Positions 9,377-18,781 of a DNA stretch of 64,000 bases are shown here, one piece after another. The position numbers and the translations under genes are program-made. Under the pieces are notes generated by a model. That model had not been told where the DNA came from. It searched no databases and was given only the letters and a program-made list of their open reading frames with translations. This DNA comes from Minisyncoccota bacterium (GTDB taxonomy: Bacteria > Patescibacteriota > Minisyncoccia > Phycocordibacterales > UBA9973): NCBI GenBank assembly GCA_041657885.1, contig JBBABB010000002.1, positions 121,095 to 185,094 on the forward strand, in the 5' to 3' direction. How positions within the stretch are numbered: position 1 is the stretch's first letter; each line of letters opens with the position of its first letter.

Positions 9377-10390
9377 ATGTTAAAAAAATATACACTTCAT
9401 GTAACTGGTACTCATTGTCCTTCATGCAAAATTTTGCTTGAGGATATTTTGAGTGAACAGGACTTTGTCAAAAATGGAAAAGTTAATTTAAAGAGAGAAA
9501 TTGTTGAAATTGAAACAGACACAGAAAAAAGTGCCGAGGAAGTTGTAAATATTTTAAATGATAAAATAAAAACAAATGGCTATTTTCTTTCTGTGGATAA
9601 AATGATGAAAGAAAAGGAGAGTGATGATATTATTTGGAAAGCTATACCTATCGGTTTAGGTTTTCTTATACTATTTTTCCTCTTGCAAAAATCAGGTATT
9701 TTAAATCTAGGTATTGGTAGTCAAACTACTCCAGCAACAAGTTTCATAATTGGAATTATTGCTTCACTTTCTAGTTGTCTTGCCATTGTTGGAGGACTTG
9801 TACTTTCATTATCAGCAAAGGTAGTCCAAGATGACAATAAATCAACAAAAAAACCTTTTATCCTTTTCCACGCAGGGCGATTATTTGGATTTGCCATCTT
9901 AGGTGGAATTCTTGGCTTGATTGGGGAAGCAATTGGAATTAACTTTTTGTTCTCTGCAATTTTAGGACTTCTAGCTTCTACTGTGATGATATTGCTCGGA
10001 TTTAACTTATTAGGAATATTTAAGAAAAATAAAATAACTCTACCAAGTAATATTTTTTCTTTTTTTAGAAGAGTAGAACATGCAACTTGGGCTCCAATTT
10101 TAATTGGTTTGGGAACTTTCTTTTTACCTTGTGGTTTTACTCAATCAATGCAAATTTCAGCACTCTCTAGTGGGTCATTCGTGTCGGGATTTCTGATAAT
10201 GTTTTCATTTGCACTTGGAACTTTACCGGTGCTCGCATTACTTTCATTTGGCTCGTTTTCTTTTGCTCATTCCAAACATGCACCACTCTTTTTCAAATCT
10301 GCTGGAGTTGTCGTGGTTGGGCTTGGGATATTTGCACTTTTAGCAGGGCTAGCAGGAGTCGGAATTATTAATCCTTTATTCAATTTATAA
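9377..10390 (+). CDS. HMA (heavy-metal-associated) domain fused to a polytopic membrane domain
   Basis: N-terminal HVTGTHCPSCK matches the HMA GMxCxxC site; membrane domain carries SSCLAIVGG and FLPCGFTQS Cys motifs. Confidence 0.45.
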   Translation: MLKKYTLHVTGTHCPSCKILLEDILSEQDFVKNGKVNLKREIVEIETDTEKSAEEVVNILNDKIKTNGYFLSVDKMMKEKESDDIIWKAIPIGLGFLILFFLLQKSGILNLGIGSQTTPATSFIIGIIASLSSCLAIVGGLVLSLSAKVVQDDNKSTKKPFILFHAGRLFGFAILGGILGLIGEAIGINFLFSAILGLLASTVMILLGFNLLGIFKKNKITLPSNIFSFFRRVEHATWAPILIGLGTFFLPCGFTQSMQISALSSGSFVSGFLIMFSFALGTLPVLALLSFGSFSFAHSKHAPLFFKSAGVVVVGLGIFALLAGLAGVGIINPLFNL

Positions 10391-10397
10391 TAAATAT

Positions 10398-10799
10398 ATG
10401 AACAAAACCGCTTTAGTTATTATAATAGTTGGACTTGTCATCGGCATTGGCATTATTTTCATTGGAGGTTCAAGAGGAAATAATAATACGAATACAACAA
10501 AAAATACACAAGTTAAAAATACAGAAATAAAAGATGGCACTCAATATATCACTATTGATGCTAAGGGAGGATATTCACCAAAAATTTCCACAGCTAAAGC
10601 CGGGATTCCAACAAAACTTATCGTAAAAACAAATGGAACATATGATTGTTCCGCAGCGCTTCGAATAAGTTCTATCGGTTTCCAAAAAATTCTCAAGAAT
10701 ACTGGGGAAGAGGTAATTGACCTCGGAACGCCAAAAGCAGGCCCATTTCAAGGCGTCTGCGGAATGGGAATGTATAGTTTTAACGTGGAGTTTGAGTAA
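10398..10799 (+). CDS. Small secreted Cys/Met-motif protein (possible metal-binding)
   Basis: Signal anchor; YDCSAALRIS...GVCGMGMYSF motif. Confidence 0.3.
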   Translation: MNKTALVIIIVGLVIGIGIIFIGGSRGNNNTNTTKNTQVKNTEIKDGTQYITIDAKGGYSPKISTAKAGIPTKLIVKTNGTYDCSAALRISSIGFQKILKNTGEEVIDLGTPKAGPFQGVCGMGMYSFNVEFE

Positions 10800-10804
10800 A
10801 AAAG

Positions 10805-10825
10805 AAAAACCCGAAAGGGTTTTTC
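10805..10825. terminator. Bidirectional rho-independent terminator between convergent genes
   Basis: aaaaaccc gaaa gggttttt hairpin with flanking A/T runs, between the + gene ending at 10799 and the - gene ending at 10911. Confidence 0.6.
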
Positions 10826-10910
10826 TTTCTTTGGCGGGGGTCTTTGAGTTTCGGATCCATTTATAGCTATATCTAAATCCATCTATTTATAAAGCCCCCA
10901 ACCTTTCCTT

Positions 10911-11924
10911 TTATAATCTAATTTCTTCAAACGGATCTTTGATTGTTATTCTTCCGGTTTCAGCATCACCTAGTCCTGCATATAAAATTGCTGTTCCATC
11001 ACCATTGCGTATTAGACCACCAGGAAAAATAATGTCATCAAGCTCTGGTCTTTTTGCTTTACCATTTGGAAAATTCTTTCTTGTCGCAATAATTTCCATA
11101 GGTGAAGCACTTTTTGTTTTAGGATCATAAATAAATGCCATTGCATAATAGTGTTTACCTTTTTCATCTTGATAAGCGATATGTCCAATAACACCAATCC
11201 TTCCATCTGATAATAAATGTAATTCATTTGCTCCACCCCATTCTCCTTCAGGGAATTGATTCTCTATTATTTCTGCATTATTTAAAATATCTTTTTTCTT
11301 TAAATCATCAAGACTATCTATTTCCATATAACCAATTTTTCCTTTACCGCCTATTTCACCCTGAGGTCTTGTAAAAACCCCAATCTTTCCATTTGGAAGA
11401 GAAATAAGACGAATGTCTTTCATTGTGTCTGGTCCAACAGCAAATTGTTCAAGTGAAGCTGTATCTTTCCCGCGATAAAATATTGTTCTATAGCTTTTAT
11501 GATTTGGATTTTCTTCTGTTGAATCAGGGTATACTTCAACTCCACCTATGATTAATTCATCTCCGATGTGTGTAGCAAATCCATCTTCCATTTTGAATTT
11601 TGGTTGTTCATTTGCTAGACACCAACCCCCATCTTTCTTTTCAAAAAGCATAACTTGAGAATCATCTATCTCTTCCGTCTTTTCCACACGTCCCGTCACA
11701 AATACTTTATCTCCAATATAAAATGGGGCTGAAATATTATAGACATCATATCCGTCAACTCCTTCGAATTGAAGTTTTTCTCCTTGTGGAATTTCTTTTT
11801 TATCAAAATCATTTATAAGACCAATACAATGTGCAAATAGTGGTTCTTGAGATACTTCTCGAGATGTTATATGTTCATTTTCGGTTACAATATTTTTCAT
11901 TGCATCATTTAAATTTTCGTTCAT
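10911..11924 (-). CDS. Beta-propeller glycosidase-like hypothetical protein (DUF1861-like?)
   Basis: 337-aa soluble protein with repeated G-rich beta-strand blocks; family assignment from memory only. Confidence 0.3.
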   Translation of the reverse strand: MNENLNDAMKNIVTENEHITSREVSQEPLFAHCIGLINDFDKKEIPQGEKLQFEGVDGYDVYNISAPFYIGDKVFVTGRVEKTEEIDDSQVMLFEKKDGGWCLANEQPKFKMEDGFATHIGDELIIGGVEVYPDSTEENPNHKSYRTIFYRGKDTASLEQFAVGPDTMKDIRLISLPNGKIGVFTRPQGEIGGKGKIGYMEIDSLDDLKKKDILNNAEIIENQFPEGEWGGANELHLLSDGRIGVIGHIAYQDEKGKHYYAMAFIYDPKTKSASPMEIIATRKNFPNGKAKRPELDDIIFPGGLIRNGDGTAILYAGLGDAETGRITIKDPFEEIRL

Positions 11925-11984
11925 TTTTTAATGATATACTTATGTTAGCAAAAACCCTATATTCTATTCTGTGGAAATTACCCA

Positions 11985-12002
11985 TTTAGAGCTAGCTCTA
12001 AA
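11985..12002. terminator. Perfect 18-bp palindrome downstream of tRNA-Ser (likely terminator hairpin)
   Basis: tttagagctagctctaaa is its own reverse complement; an imperfect hairpin tagctaac...gttagct follows. Confidence 0.4.
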
Positions 12003-12038
12003 TCCCTAGCTAACGACACATGTCGTGTTAGCTGTCAA

Positions 12039-12128
12039 TGGCGGAAGCGGTGAGATTCGAACTCACGAGGAGCTTTCACCCCTAACAGTTTTCAAGACTG
12101 TCTCGTTAGACCACTCCGACACGCTTCC
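12039..12128 (-). tRNA. tRNA-Ser (anticodon UGA), CCA encoded
   Basis: Reverse complement reads GGAAGCGTGTCGGAGTGGTCTAACGAGACAGTCTTGAAAACTGTTAGGGGTGAAAGCTCCTCGTGAGTTCGAATCTCACCGCTTCCGCCA: 7-bp acceptor stem, anticodon loop CTTGAAA, long variable arm, GTTCGAATC T-loop. Confidence 0.85.
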
Positions 12129-12218
12129 GAGTTTTACATTACTTCATTTTCATCTTTTTTTCAAGCTTTATAATAAATAGAAAAACAGGTTCACATAACC
12201 TGTTTTTCTATAACCATT

Positions 12219-12446
12219 TTAAATTTTTGATTTAAATACACGAACTATATCCTTTGGTGTCTTCTTTGCTACGTAGAATATATATATAATATCTAAAATT
12301 GCAAAAGTATTTAATATTAAAAGTGCTATAAACCAACGCTTATTTCTTGTGCGCGATGCTGTCCAAAGAGCATAACCTTTCCAAGGGAGGACCCAAACTA
12401 TAGATATAATAAAAAGCCAGATATTGTTTTGTAAAAATGTTTCCAT
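12219..12446 (-). CDS. Hypothetical small membrane protein
   Basis: 75-aa ORF with two TM helices. Confidence 0.3.
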   Translation of the reverse strand: METFLQNNIWLFIISIVWVLPWKGYALWTASRTRNKRWFIALLILNTFAILDIIYIFYVAKKTPKDIVRVFKSKI

Positions 12447-12499
12447 ATGACCAGTATATCAATAATATCTTTTTGTGGCAATTATGATAATATTGAAGT

Positions 12500-12928
12500 A
12501 TGCGTTATTTGGGTATAGATTATGGGTCCAAAAGGGTAGGGTTATCACTTTCTGACGAAGAGGGACATATAGCTTTCCCATATAAAATAATCAAAAATGA
12601 CCTTGCGTTGGTGGATAAAATACATAATATATGTGGCGAGGAAGAAGTTTCGGCGATTGTCCTTGGTGAGTCACATGATTTGTCAGGGAAACCAAATAAA
12701 ATAATGGGAAGTATTGAAGAATTCAAAAGAAATTTAGAAACGGAACTTGACTTACCAATTTATTTTGAGAAAGAATTTATGACTTCAATCTTTGCTCGTG
12801 GGAATGATGGGAAAGTCGCCTTATCGACGACCCGCCGAAGAGGCGGAAAAATAGATAAAAAAATAGATGATTCCGCCGCGGCATTAATTCTCCAAAGATT
12901 TTTAGATAGAAAAAATAATAAAAAGTAA
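12500..12928 (+). CDS. ruvX: Holliday-junction resolvase-like protein YqgF/RuvX
   Basis: N-terminal MRYLGIDYGSKRVGLSLSD signature of the YqgF/RuvX family; C-terminal DSAAAALILQRFLD. Confidence 0.8.
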   Translation: MRYLGIDYGSKRVGLSLSDEEGHIAFPYKIIKNDLALVDKIHNICGEEEVSAIVLGESHDLSGKPNKIMGSIEEFKRNLETELDLPIYFEKEFMTSIFARGNDGKVALSTTRRRGGKIDKKIDDSAAALILQRFLDRKNNKK

Positions 12929-12952
12929 TTTATAATTAATAATAAAAAATAT

Positions 12953-14671
12953 ATGGAAACAAAAAACTGCCAGAATTGTAAAAAAGAGTTCACTATCGAG
13001 CCAGATGATTTTTTATTTTACGAAAAAATAAAAGTTCCTCCGCCAACTTTTTGTCCGGAGTGTCGATATATCCACCGACTTTTGGATAGGAACGAATACA
13101 ATTTGTATAAAAGAAAATGTAATGCAACGAGTAAAGATATTATTTCCATCTATCGGCCGGAGATGCCATTCCCGGTCTATGAACAAGAATATTGGAAGTC
13201 CGACGCCTGGGATCCGACGAAGTATGGACGTGATTTTGATTTTACCAGGCCATTTTTCGAACAATTTGAAGAACTTCGCCGTGTTGTGCCACATTTGGCA
13301 ATGGTTAATTCGAGTAGCACCAACAGTGAATATACAAACCAGTCTCAAGATAATAAGGACTGCTATATGCTTGTCACGAGTAATCAATGTGAAAAGTGTA
13401 TGTATGGGAGCTGGTGTCAACAAAGCTGTTATTTTTTGAGTGACTGCTATATGGTACAAAAAAGCGAATTTTGTTATGAATGTATTAATCTCACAAAATG
13501 TTCACGATGTGCTTGGGCATATGATTGCTCTGATTGTGTAAATGTGTACTTTTCAAGTGATTGCCGAGGGTGTATTGATTGTTTCGGTTGTGTTGGGCTT
13601 CGAAGTAAACAGTATCATTTTTTAAACGAAAACATTGGGAAAGCTGAGTATGAAAAGAAAGTTAAGGAAAATGCCTGGAGTAGAAATTTTATAAAGGATT
13701 CAAAGGAAAAATTTTTCAAACTTCGCGCTAGTATTCCCGTAAAGTTTTATCATGGTTCACAGGTTCAAAACTCGACAGGAGACTATATAGAGAATTCACA
13801 AAATATGAATTATTCATTTAATTGTCGAGATAATAAAGACACAGCTTACATGCAGGATGCTTGGGAAAAAACGGAAGATTGTATGGATTGCACGGAAATA
13901 ATTGTTGGACAATTATCATACGAAATTCAAGGCGTCGAGAGACCGAGCAGATCAATGGTGGCAAGAAGTTGTTTTAATACGATAACCGATTCATGTTATT
14001 GTGATATGTGTTTTGGGGTTCGGGAATGCTTTGGTTGTTTCGGTCTTAAACATAACGAATATTGCATTTTAAATAAACAATACACTAAAGAAGAATATTT
14101 TAAATTAAAAGGTGAAGTTATCGAGCATATGAGGAAAACAAAAGAGTGGGGCAAATATTTTCCGTCCAATGTTTCGCCATTTGCCTATAATGAATCTATG
14201 GCCCAGGATTACTTTCCGCTTACGCGTGATGAAGCCATAAAAAAAGGATATACATGGTATGACCGACCACCACGCGATTACGGGATAACTCTTTCGGCAA
14301 AAGATTTACCTGAAACGTTTAATGATATAAAAGAAAATATTGAAGAGGAAACAATACAATGTTTCTCGCAAAATTCTAACCAAAAAGAAAAATACACTTT
14401 GTGTACAACAGCATTCAAAATAACATCACTTGAATTAACTTTGTATAAAATGCTTAATTTGCCTATTCCGGAGAAATGTTTCCCTTGTCGAAGACAAGAC
14501 AGATTTGCTCTCCGCAACCCGCGCCGACTTTGGCACCGAACATGTATGTGTGACAAGAAAGGGCACTTTCATGGTGAAAATAAATGCCAAGTGGAATTTG
14601 AGACTTCATATGCACCCGAGAGACCGGAGATTATTTATTGCGAAAGTTGTTACCAGAAGGAAGTGTATTAA
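12953..14671 (+). CDS. Cysteine-rich paralog 1 of 5 (zinc-ribbon-like N- and C-termini, internally duplicated CxxC-repeat core)
   Basis: N-terminus CQNCKKEFTIEPDDFLFYEKIKVPPPTFCPECR, C-terminus CFPCRRQDRFALRNPRRLWHRTCM...ETSYAPERPEIIYCESCYQKEVY; two internal blocks each ending C.GC.GL..K.Y..LN..YTKEEY; homologous along the full length to the ORFs at 33493, 41537, 43883, 48078. Confidence 0.75.
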   Translation: METKNCQNCKKEFTIEPDDFLFYEKIKVPPPTFCPECRYIHRLLDRNEYNLYKRKCNATSKDIISIYRPEMPFPVYEQEYWKSDAWDPTKYGRDFDFTRPFFEQFEELRRVVPHLAMVNSSSTNSEYTNQSQDNKDCYMLVTSNQCEKCMYGSWCQQSCYFLSDCYMVQKSEFCYECINLTKCSRCAWAYDCSDCVNVYFSSDCRGCIDCFGCVGLRSKQYHFLNENIGKAEYEKKVKENAWSRNFIKDSKEKFFKLRASIPVKFYHGSQVQNSTGDYIENSQNMNYSFNCRDNKDTAYMQDAWEKTEDCMDCTEIIVGQLSYEIQGVERPSRSMVARSCFNTITDSCYCDMCFGVRECFGCFGLKHNEYCILNKQYTKEEYFKLKGEVIEHMRKTKEWGKYFPSNVSPFAYNESMAQDYFPLTRDEAIKKGYTWYDRPPRDYGITLSAKDLPETFNDIKENIEEETIQCFSQNSNQKEKYTLCTTAFKITSLELTLYKMLNLPIPEKCFPCRRQDRFALRNPRRLWHRTCMCDKKGHFHGENKCQVEFETSYAPERPEIIYCESCYQKEVY

Positions 14672-14677
14672 AATATT

Positions 14678-14854
14678 ATGACTAATTTTCAAACAATTAA
14701 AAAACGAGCTTTTAAAAATAAAGCAGTCAAAAAAGCATATGATGATTTAAATCTTCCAATGTTTTCAGAAATTACTAATATAAATACTTATTCTAAAAGC
14801 TTTTCTTTTTTAAAAAAAGAGCCAGATATTTATTCAACTTCAAAAATAAAATAA
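14678..14854 (+). CDS. Possible small Lys-rich ORF (58 aa) just downstream of paralog 1
   Basis: ATG 7 nt after the upstream stop; MTNFQTIKKRAFKNKAVKKAYDDL...; below the track threshold, no motif. Confidence 0.15.
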   Translation: MTNFQTIKKRAFKNKAVKKAYDDLNLPMFSEITNINTYSKSFSFLKKEPDIYSTSKIK

Positions 14855-14871
14855 TGTTGTATAATTAATTT

Positions 14872-15255
14872 ATGGAATACGTATCATTTGAAGAATTCAA
14901 AAAAATGGATATAAGGGTGGGAACGATTAGAGAGGTGGAAACCATTCCAGAAACTGACAAACTTTTACGTTGCCAGATTGATTTCGGACCCTCCTTCGCT
15001 TCTGGTGAAGCTACGGCGGGCGAAGGAAGTGAACCCAGATCAAATTTAGTGCAAATTATTTCTGGAATTCGTGAATCTTATCCAGATTATGAAAAATTAA
15101 TTGGCAAACAAGTTTTATATATTGTAAATCTAGAGCCGAGAATTATTAAAGGATTTGAATCAAATGGAATGCTCCTGGCGATTGATGACCCAGACGGTAA
15201 ATCAGTGTTTTTAATCCCAGAAGTTGAAGTTGTCCCGGGAAGTCGTATCCACTAG
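14872..15255 (+). CDS. csaA: tRNA-binding domain protein (CsaA/Trbp111-like, EMAP-type OB fold)
   Basis: FKKMDIRVGTIREVETIPETDKLLRCQIDFG...GKQVLYIVNLEPRIIKGFESNGMLLA matches the tRNA-binding domain found in CsaA and the MetRS C-terminus. Confidence 0.65.
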   Translation: MEYVSFEEFKKMDIRVGTIREVETIPETDKLLRCQIDFGPSFASGEATAGEGSEPRSNLVQIISGIRESYPDYEKLIGKQVLYIVNLEPRIIKGFESNGMLLAIDDPDGKSVFLIPEVEVVPGSRIH

Positions 15256-15265
15256 AAATTTAATA

Positions 15266-15307
15266 CCAAGGACGGTCCTTGGGGAAGCCCTCTTAAGGAC
15301 CGTCCTT
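15266..15307. repeat. Two palindromic copies of AAGGAC(C/G)GTCCTT (hairpin/terminator or operator-like)
   Basis: ccaaggacggtccttgg at 15266-15282 and aaggaccgtcctt at 15295-15307, followed by tttt; the same core aggaccgtcct recurs at 41478-41490. Confidence 0.5.
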
Positions 15308-15314
15308 TTAAAAT

Positions 15315-15911
15315 ATGTTAGACCCAATTTTAATTATTAAAGCAGTCGGAATCATAGGAGTAATCCTTATTGTTTTTGCTGAGACCGGATTATTCTTTGG
15401 TTTTTTCTTTCCAGGGGACTCTTTGCTTTTTACGGCTGGGATTTTTGCTTCACAGGGATATTTTAGTATTGAAATACTTTTGATTGGGTGTATAATTGCG
15501 GCTATTTTAGGAGATAGTTTTGGTTATTGGTCTGGTAAAAAATACGGGCGTAAATTATTTGATAGAGATTCCGGTTTTTTCTTTAAGAGAAAACGCTTAT
15601 ATGATGCCGAGGTTTTTTATGAAAAACATGGAAAATCGACTATTATAATTGCGCGTTTTGTTCCGGTCGTTCGCACCTTTGCTCCGATTGTTGCAGGGAT
15701 TGGAAATATGAGTTATTTATCATTTATTTCTTATAATATTTTTGGTGGGATTTTTTGGGTTTCGGGGATGCTTTTGTTGGGGTATTTCTTGGGCAGTATA
15801 ATCCCAAATCCTGATGTTTATATTATCCCAATTGCTTTTTTGATAATTGTTTTATCCTTCATTCCCATTATTTTCAAAATGATACATTTTAAGTTCAAAA
15901 GACAATCTTAA
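15315..15911 (+). CDS. DedA/SNARE-associated family membrane protein
   Basis: GLFFGFFFPGDSLLFTAG motif and overall topology typical of DedA/YqaA. Confidence 0.7.
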   Translation: MLDPILIIKAVGIIGVILIVFAETGLFFGFFFPGDSLLFTAGIFASQGYFSIEILLIGCIIAAILGDSFGYWSGKKYGRKLFDRDSGFFFKRKRLYDAEVFYEKHGKSTIIIARFVPVVRTFAPIVAGIGNMSYLSFISYNIFGGIFWVSGMLLLGYFLGSIIPNPDVYIIPIAFLIIVLSFIPIIFKMIHFKFKRQS

Positions 15912-15953
15912 GGTCTTTTATATAATCTTAGAGTATCGTATAATAGTATTGTA

Positions 15954-17597
15954 ATGAAAAGATTATATAATCACTATTTTCCAACACCGCCATACTTAGC
16001 TATGAACTCTTGCGCGATTGATATTTCTGACCAATCTATTAAGTATGGAGAACTTATAACCACCACCTCTGGTCTTCGTCTCGGTAAATATGGTAAAGAG
16101 AAAATTCCAGAAGGGGTAGTTGTTTCTGGTAAAATTGAGAAGGAGGAAGAGTTAATAAGTATATTAAAAAAAATAAAAGAAAAAGAGAATCTTCATTTTA
16201 TCAGAGTATCGCTCCCTGAAGAACAGATGTATCTATTTACATTATCTTTGCCCAAAACAGGTAATGATGATTTGCGGGAGATAATACTCCTTCAAATAGA
16301 AGAGCATATTCCTCTTAAAGCACCGGATTCATTATTTAATTATGATATTATATCGGAAGATAATCAAAATATTTTAGTTGAAGTTGTAGCAATGGCACGC
16401 GTTACTATTGAAAGTTATCTGTCTGTTTTCAATAGAGCAGGATTGGTTCCGATCTCTTTTGAACTTGAAGCGCAAGCTATAGCTCGAGCCGTTATTCCTA
16501 ATTGCGACACTAATCCTGTTATGATAGTTGATTTCGGTGATACTAAAACTGGCATTTCTATATCTAATAATGGGCGTGTCTTTCTAACGACCACTTTATC
16601 AATTGGTGGAATAGACCTGACAAATATGATTGCTAAAAATTTCTCTTTGTCATTTCTAGAAGCGGAGAAAATGAAACACGAATATGGTCTTGAGGAGGGG
16701 TCAAAAGCCAAAGATATTTTCCCCGCTATATTAAATGGAATTTCTGTCTTACGAGATGAAATGGACAAACAATATGTATATTGGGGGACACATAACAATA
16801 GTAATAATACAAAAAATAGTCAGATAAATCACATAATACTTTGTGGAGGAGATGCGAACTTGGCAGGTCTAGCCGATTACTTGGAGTTGAGTATGAAAAT
16901 AAAAGTAGAAAACGCAAATGTTTGGGTTAATATTTTAAATACAGAAAATTCAGTTCCGGAAATGTCTTTTGAAGAATCGCTTGGTTATGCAACTGTGTTA
17001 GGATTAGCACTTGGTGGATATATGTATAAATTGCAATCGGTAATAAATATTTTACCCCATAAAGAAAAAAGGTTCCTTCGTAGGGAGTATTGGATGAGAT
17101 TTTTTACAATAATGTTAAATTTCGTAGCATTAATGGGAGTACTCGCAACTTTTTTATTGTTTCCATCGTATTTTCTTTCACAATCAAAAGAAAATTTATT
17201 TGAAAGTAGACTTGAAATATTTAATAAAGAAAACCCTGACCTTACAAACAGTAATATAGACAAAATTATAAGTGATATTAATTCAAGATTAGAAATGTTG
17301 AATAAGGCGGAAACTCCCTATCAAGTTAGTGATAAGGTCTTAAACAATATTTTGTCTAGTCGTACCAGTGGTATAACTTTTTCTCAGATACTTTTTAATA
17401 AAACAACAACAATAAAAAAAGTAACGACAAACACTTCTATTTTAGAGGTTCATGGAGTTGCAAATAATCGAGATTCACTACGAAATTTTAAAACAGCCCT
17501 AGACAATAATCCAAATTTTTCTGAGGTTAATTTACCGATTTCAAATTTTCTTGAAAAATCAGACCTTAATTTTACAATTTCAATAACAATAAAGTAA
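15954..17597 (+). CDS. pilM: Type IV pilus assembly protein PilM fused to a PilN-like C-terminal region
   Basis: ~350-aa actin-like ATPase fold region, then one TM helix and a PilN-like periplasmic coiled region; followed by a pilO-like gene. Confidence 0.55.
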   Translation: MKRLYNHYFPTPPYLAMNSCAIDISDQSIKYGELITTTSGLRLGKYGKEKIPEGVVVSGKIEKEEELISILKKIKEKENLHFIRVSLPEEQMYLFTLSLPKTGNDDLREIILLQIEEHIPLKAPDSLFNYDIISEDNQNILVEVVAMARVTIESYLSVFNRAGLVPISFELEAQAIARAVIPNCDTNPVMIVDFGDTKTGISISNNGRVFLTTTLSIGGIDLTNMIAKNFSLSFLEAEKMKHEYGLEEGSKAKDIFPAILNGISVLRDEMDKQYVYWGTHNNSNNTKNSQINHIILCGGDANLAGLADYLELSMKIKVENANVWVNILNTENSVPEMSFEESLGYATVLGLALGGYMYKLQSVINILPHKEKRFLRREYWMRFFTIMLNFVALMGVLATFLLFPSYFLSQSKENLFESRLEIFNKENPDLTNSNIDKIISDINSRLEMLNKAETPYQVSDKVLNNILSSRTSGITFSQILFNKTTTIKKVTTNTSILEVHGVANNRDSLRNFKTALDNNPNFSEVNLPISNFLEKSDLNFTISITIK

Positions 17598-17602
17598 ATA
17601 AA

Positions 17603-18166
17603 ATGAAAAAAAATCAAACAACTCTAATATTAATATTTTCAATCATTGCTACTATTCTAGCAATCTGTCTTTTCTTTTTTTTGTTGAAAGTTATTAAAAA
17701 TAAAAATCAACAAGCCTCTGTCGTTTTTACAACACTAGAAAAAAAGATAAGAGAAAAAGAAAATACAATAATGTTTGCTGAAAAAGTCGCAGAAATTAAA
17801 TTGCTCCAAGATTCTGTAAATAGTTACTTCGTAGACCCTAATAGGATAGATATATTTGTTGGATATTTAGAAGAAATAGGCTCAAGTGTTGGTGGAGAGG
17901 TGATAGTTCAAAGTATTGAAGTACCACTAAAAACTAAAAGTATAATTTCATTTAAATTATCAATACTGGGAACATTCGAAGAAGTGATGAAAACGATTGC
18001 TCTTTTAGAAAATATCCCATATCAAATTGATATTACGCAGGTATATTTAAATAAAGATATAATACAAGGAACACAAGGAGATGTTAAAGATGTTAAAAAA
18101 GAGAAAGTTGTAGAAATACCAACATGGCAGGCAGATATTTCTTTTAATATTTTAAGTTCAGATTAA
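17603..18166 (+). CDS. PilO-like pilus assembly protein
   Basis: N-terminal TM anchor plus periplasmic domain; position directly after pilM/N. Confidence 0.4.
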   Translation: MKKNQTTLILIFSIIATILAICLFFFLLKVIKNKNQQASVVFTTLEKKIREKENTIMFAEKVAEIKLLQDSVNSYFVDPNRIDIFVGYLEEIGSSVGGEVIVQSIEVPLKTKSIISFKLSILGTFEEVMKTIALLENIPYQIDITQVYLNKDIIQGTQGDVKDVKKEKVVEIPTWQADISFNILSSD

Positions 18167-18170
18167 TTTT

Positions 18171-18491
18171 ATGAAAACATTTTTATTAAAAATTAAAAAT
18201 ATAACAAAAGGCCTCCTTTCTTTTAGAAAAATAAATCCACATAATCATTGGAAGAATTTACTACATGTTTTCTTTATATTGGTCATTATATTAATAATAT
18301 TTAGTTTTTATCTTTTATTTGAAATAAAAAATCAACAAATATTTCAGATTACAACTAAGCCAGTAGAAACAACAGGTTTAATGAATGAAAAATTATTAAA
18401 AAAAGTAACCGAATCGTTTGATAATAAATTAATAAAAGAAAAAGAAATAAGAGAAGGTTTAGTTTCTTATAAAGATCCAAGTATAAATTAA
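18171..18491 (+). CDS. Hypothetical membrane-anchored protein (possibly pilus-associated)
   Basis: 106 aa, single TM; gene order only. Confidence 0.25.
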   Translation: MKTFLLKIKNITKGLLSFRKINPHNHWKNLLHVFFILVIILIIFSFYLLFEIKNQQIFQITTKPVETTGLMNEKLLKKVTESFDNKLIKEKEIREGLVSYKDPSIN

Positions 18492-18532
18492 ATCTTGAAA
18501 TTTGATTAAAATGTGATAGTATATCATTACTT

Positions 18533-18605
18533 GCGCGATTAGCTCAGTTGGTAGAGCAATCCGTTTACACCGGAAAGGTCGTAGGTTCGAGTCCTACATC
18601 GCGCA
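18533..18605 (+). tRNA. tRNA-Val (anticodon UAC)
   Basis: GCGCGAT acceptor, GCTCAGTTGGTAGAGC D-arm, anticodon loop TTTACAC, T-arm GTAGGTTCGAGTCCTAC, acceptor ATCGCGC, discriminator A. Confidence 0.85.
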
Positions 18606-18704
18606 CAAAATCTGGGAGATTTTGTGCGAGCCGGAGCACGTCGGCGCGAGGCGGGGTCGCGCAAAAATTCAGCAGAATTTTATGTGTGACCACAAGTATT
18701 TCCT

Positions 18705-18776
18705 GCCCCTGTAGTTAAATGGATATAACTACGGACTTCTAAGCCGTTATTGCAGGTTCGATTCCTGCCGGGGGCA
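18705..18776 (+). tRNA. tRNA-Arg (anticodon UCU)
   Basis: GCCCCTG acceptor (one G-U pair), anticodon loop CTTCTAA, T-arm GCAGGTTCGATTCCTGC, acceptor CGGGGGC, discriminator A. Confidence 0.75.
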
Positions 18777-18781
18777 CAATT

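Noticed and set aside
13013-13459. Internal ORFs 13013-13459 (-) and 13122-13439 (+) and similar small ORFs nested in larger genes throughout the window
   Set aside because: They are fully contained within longer, motif-supported CDSs on the other strand or frame
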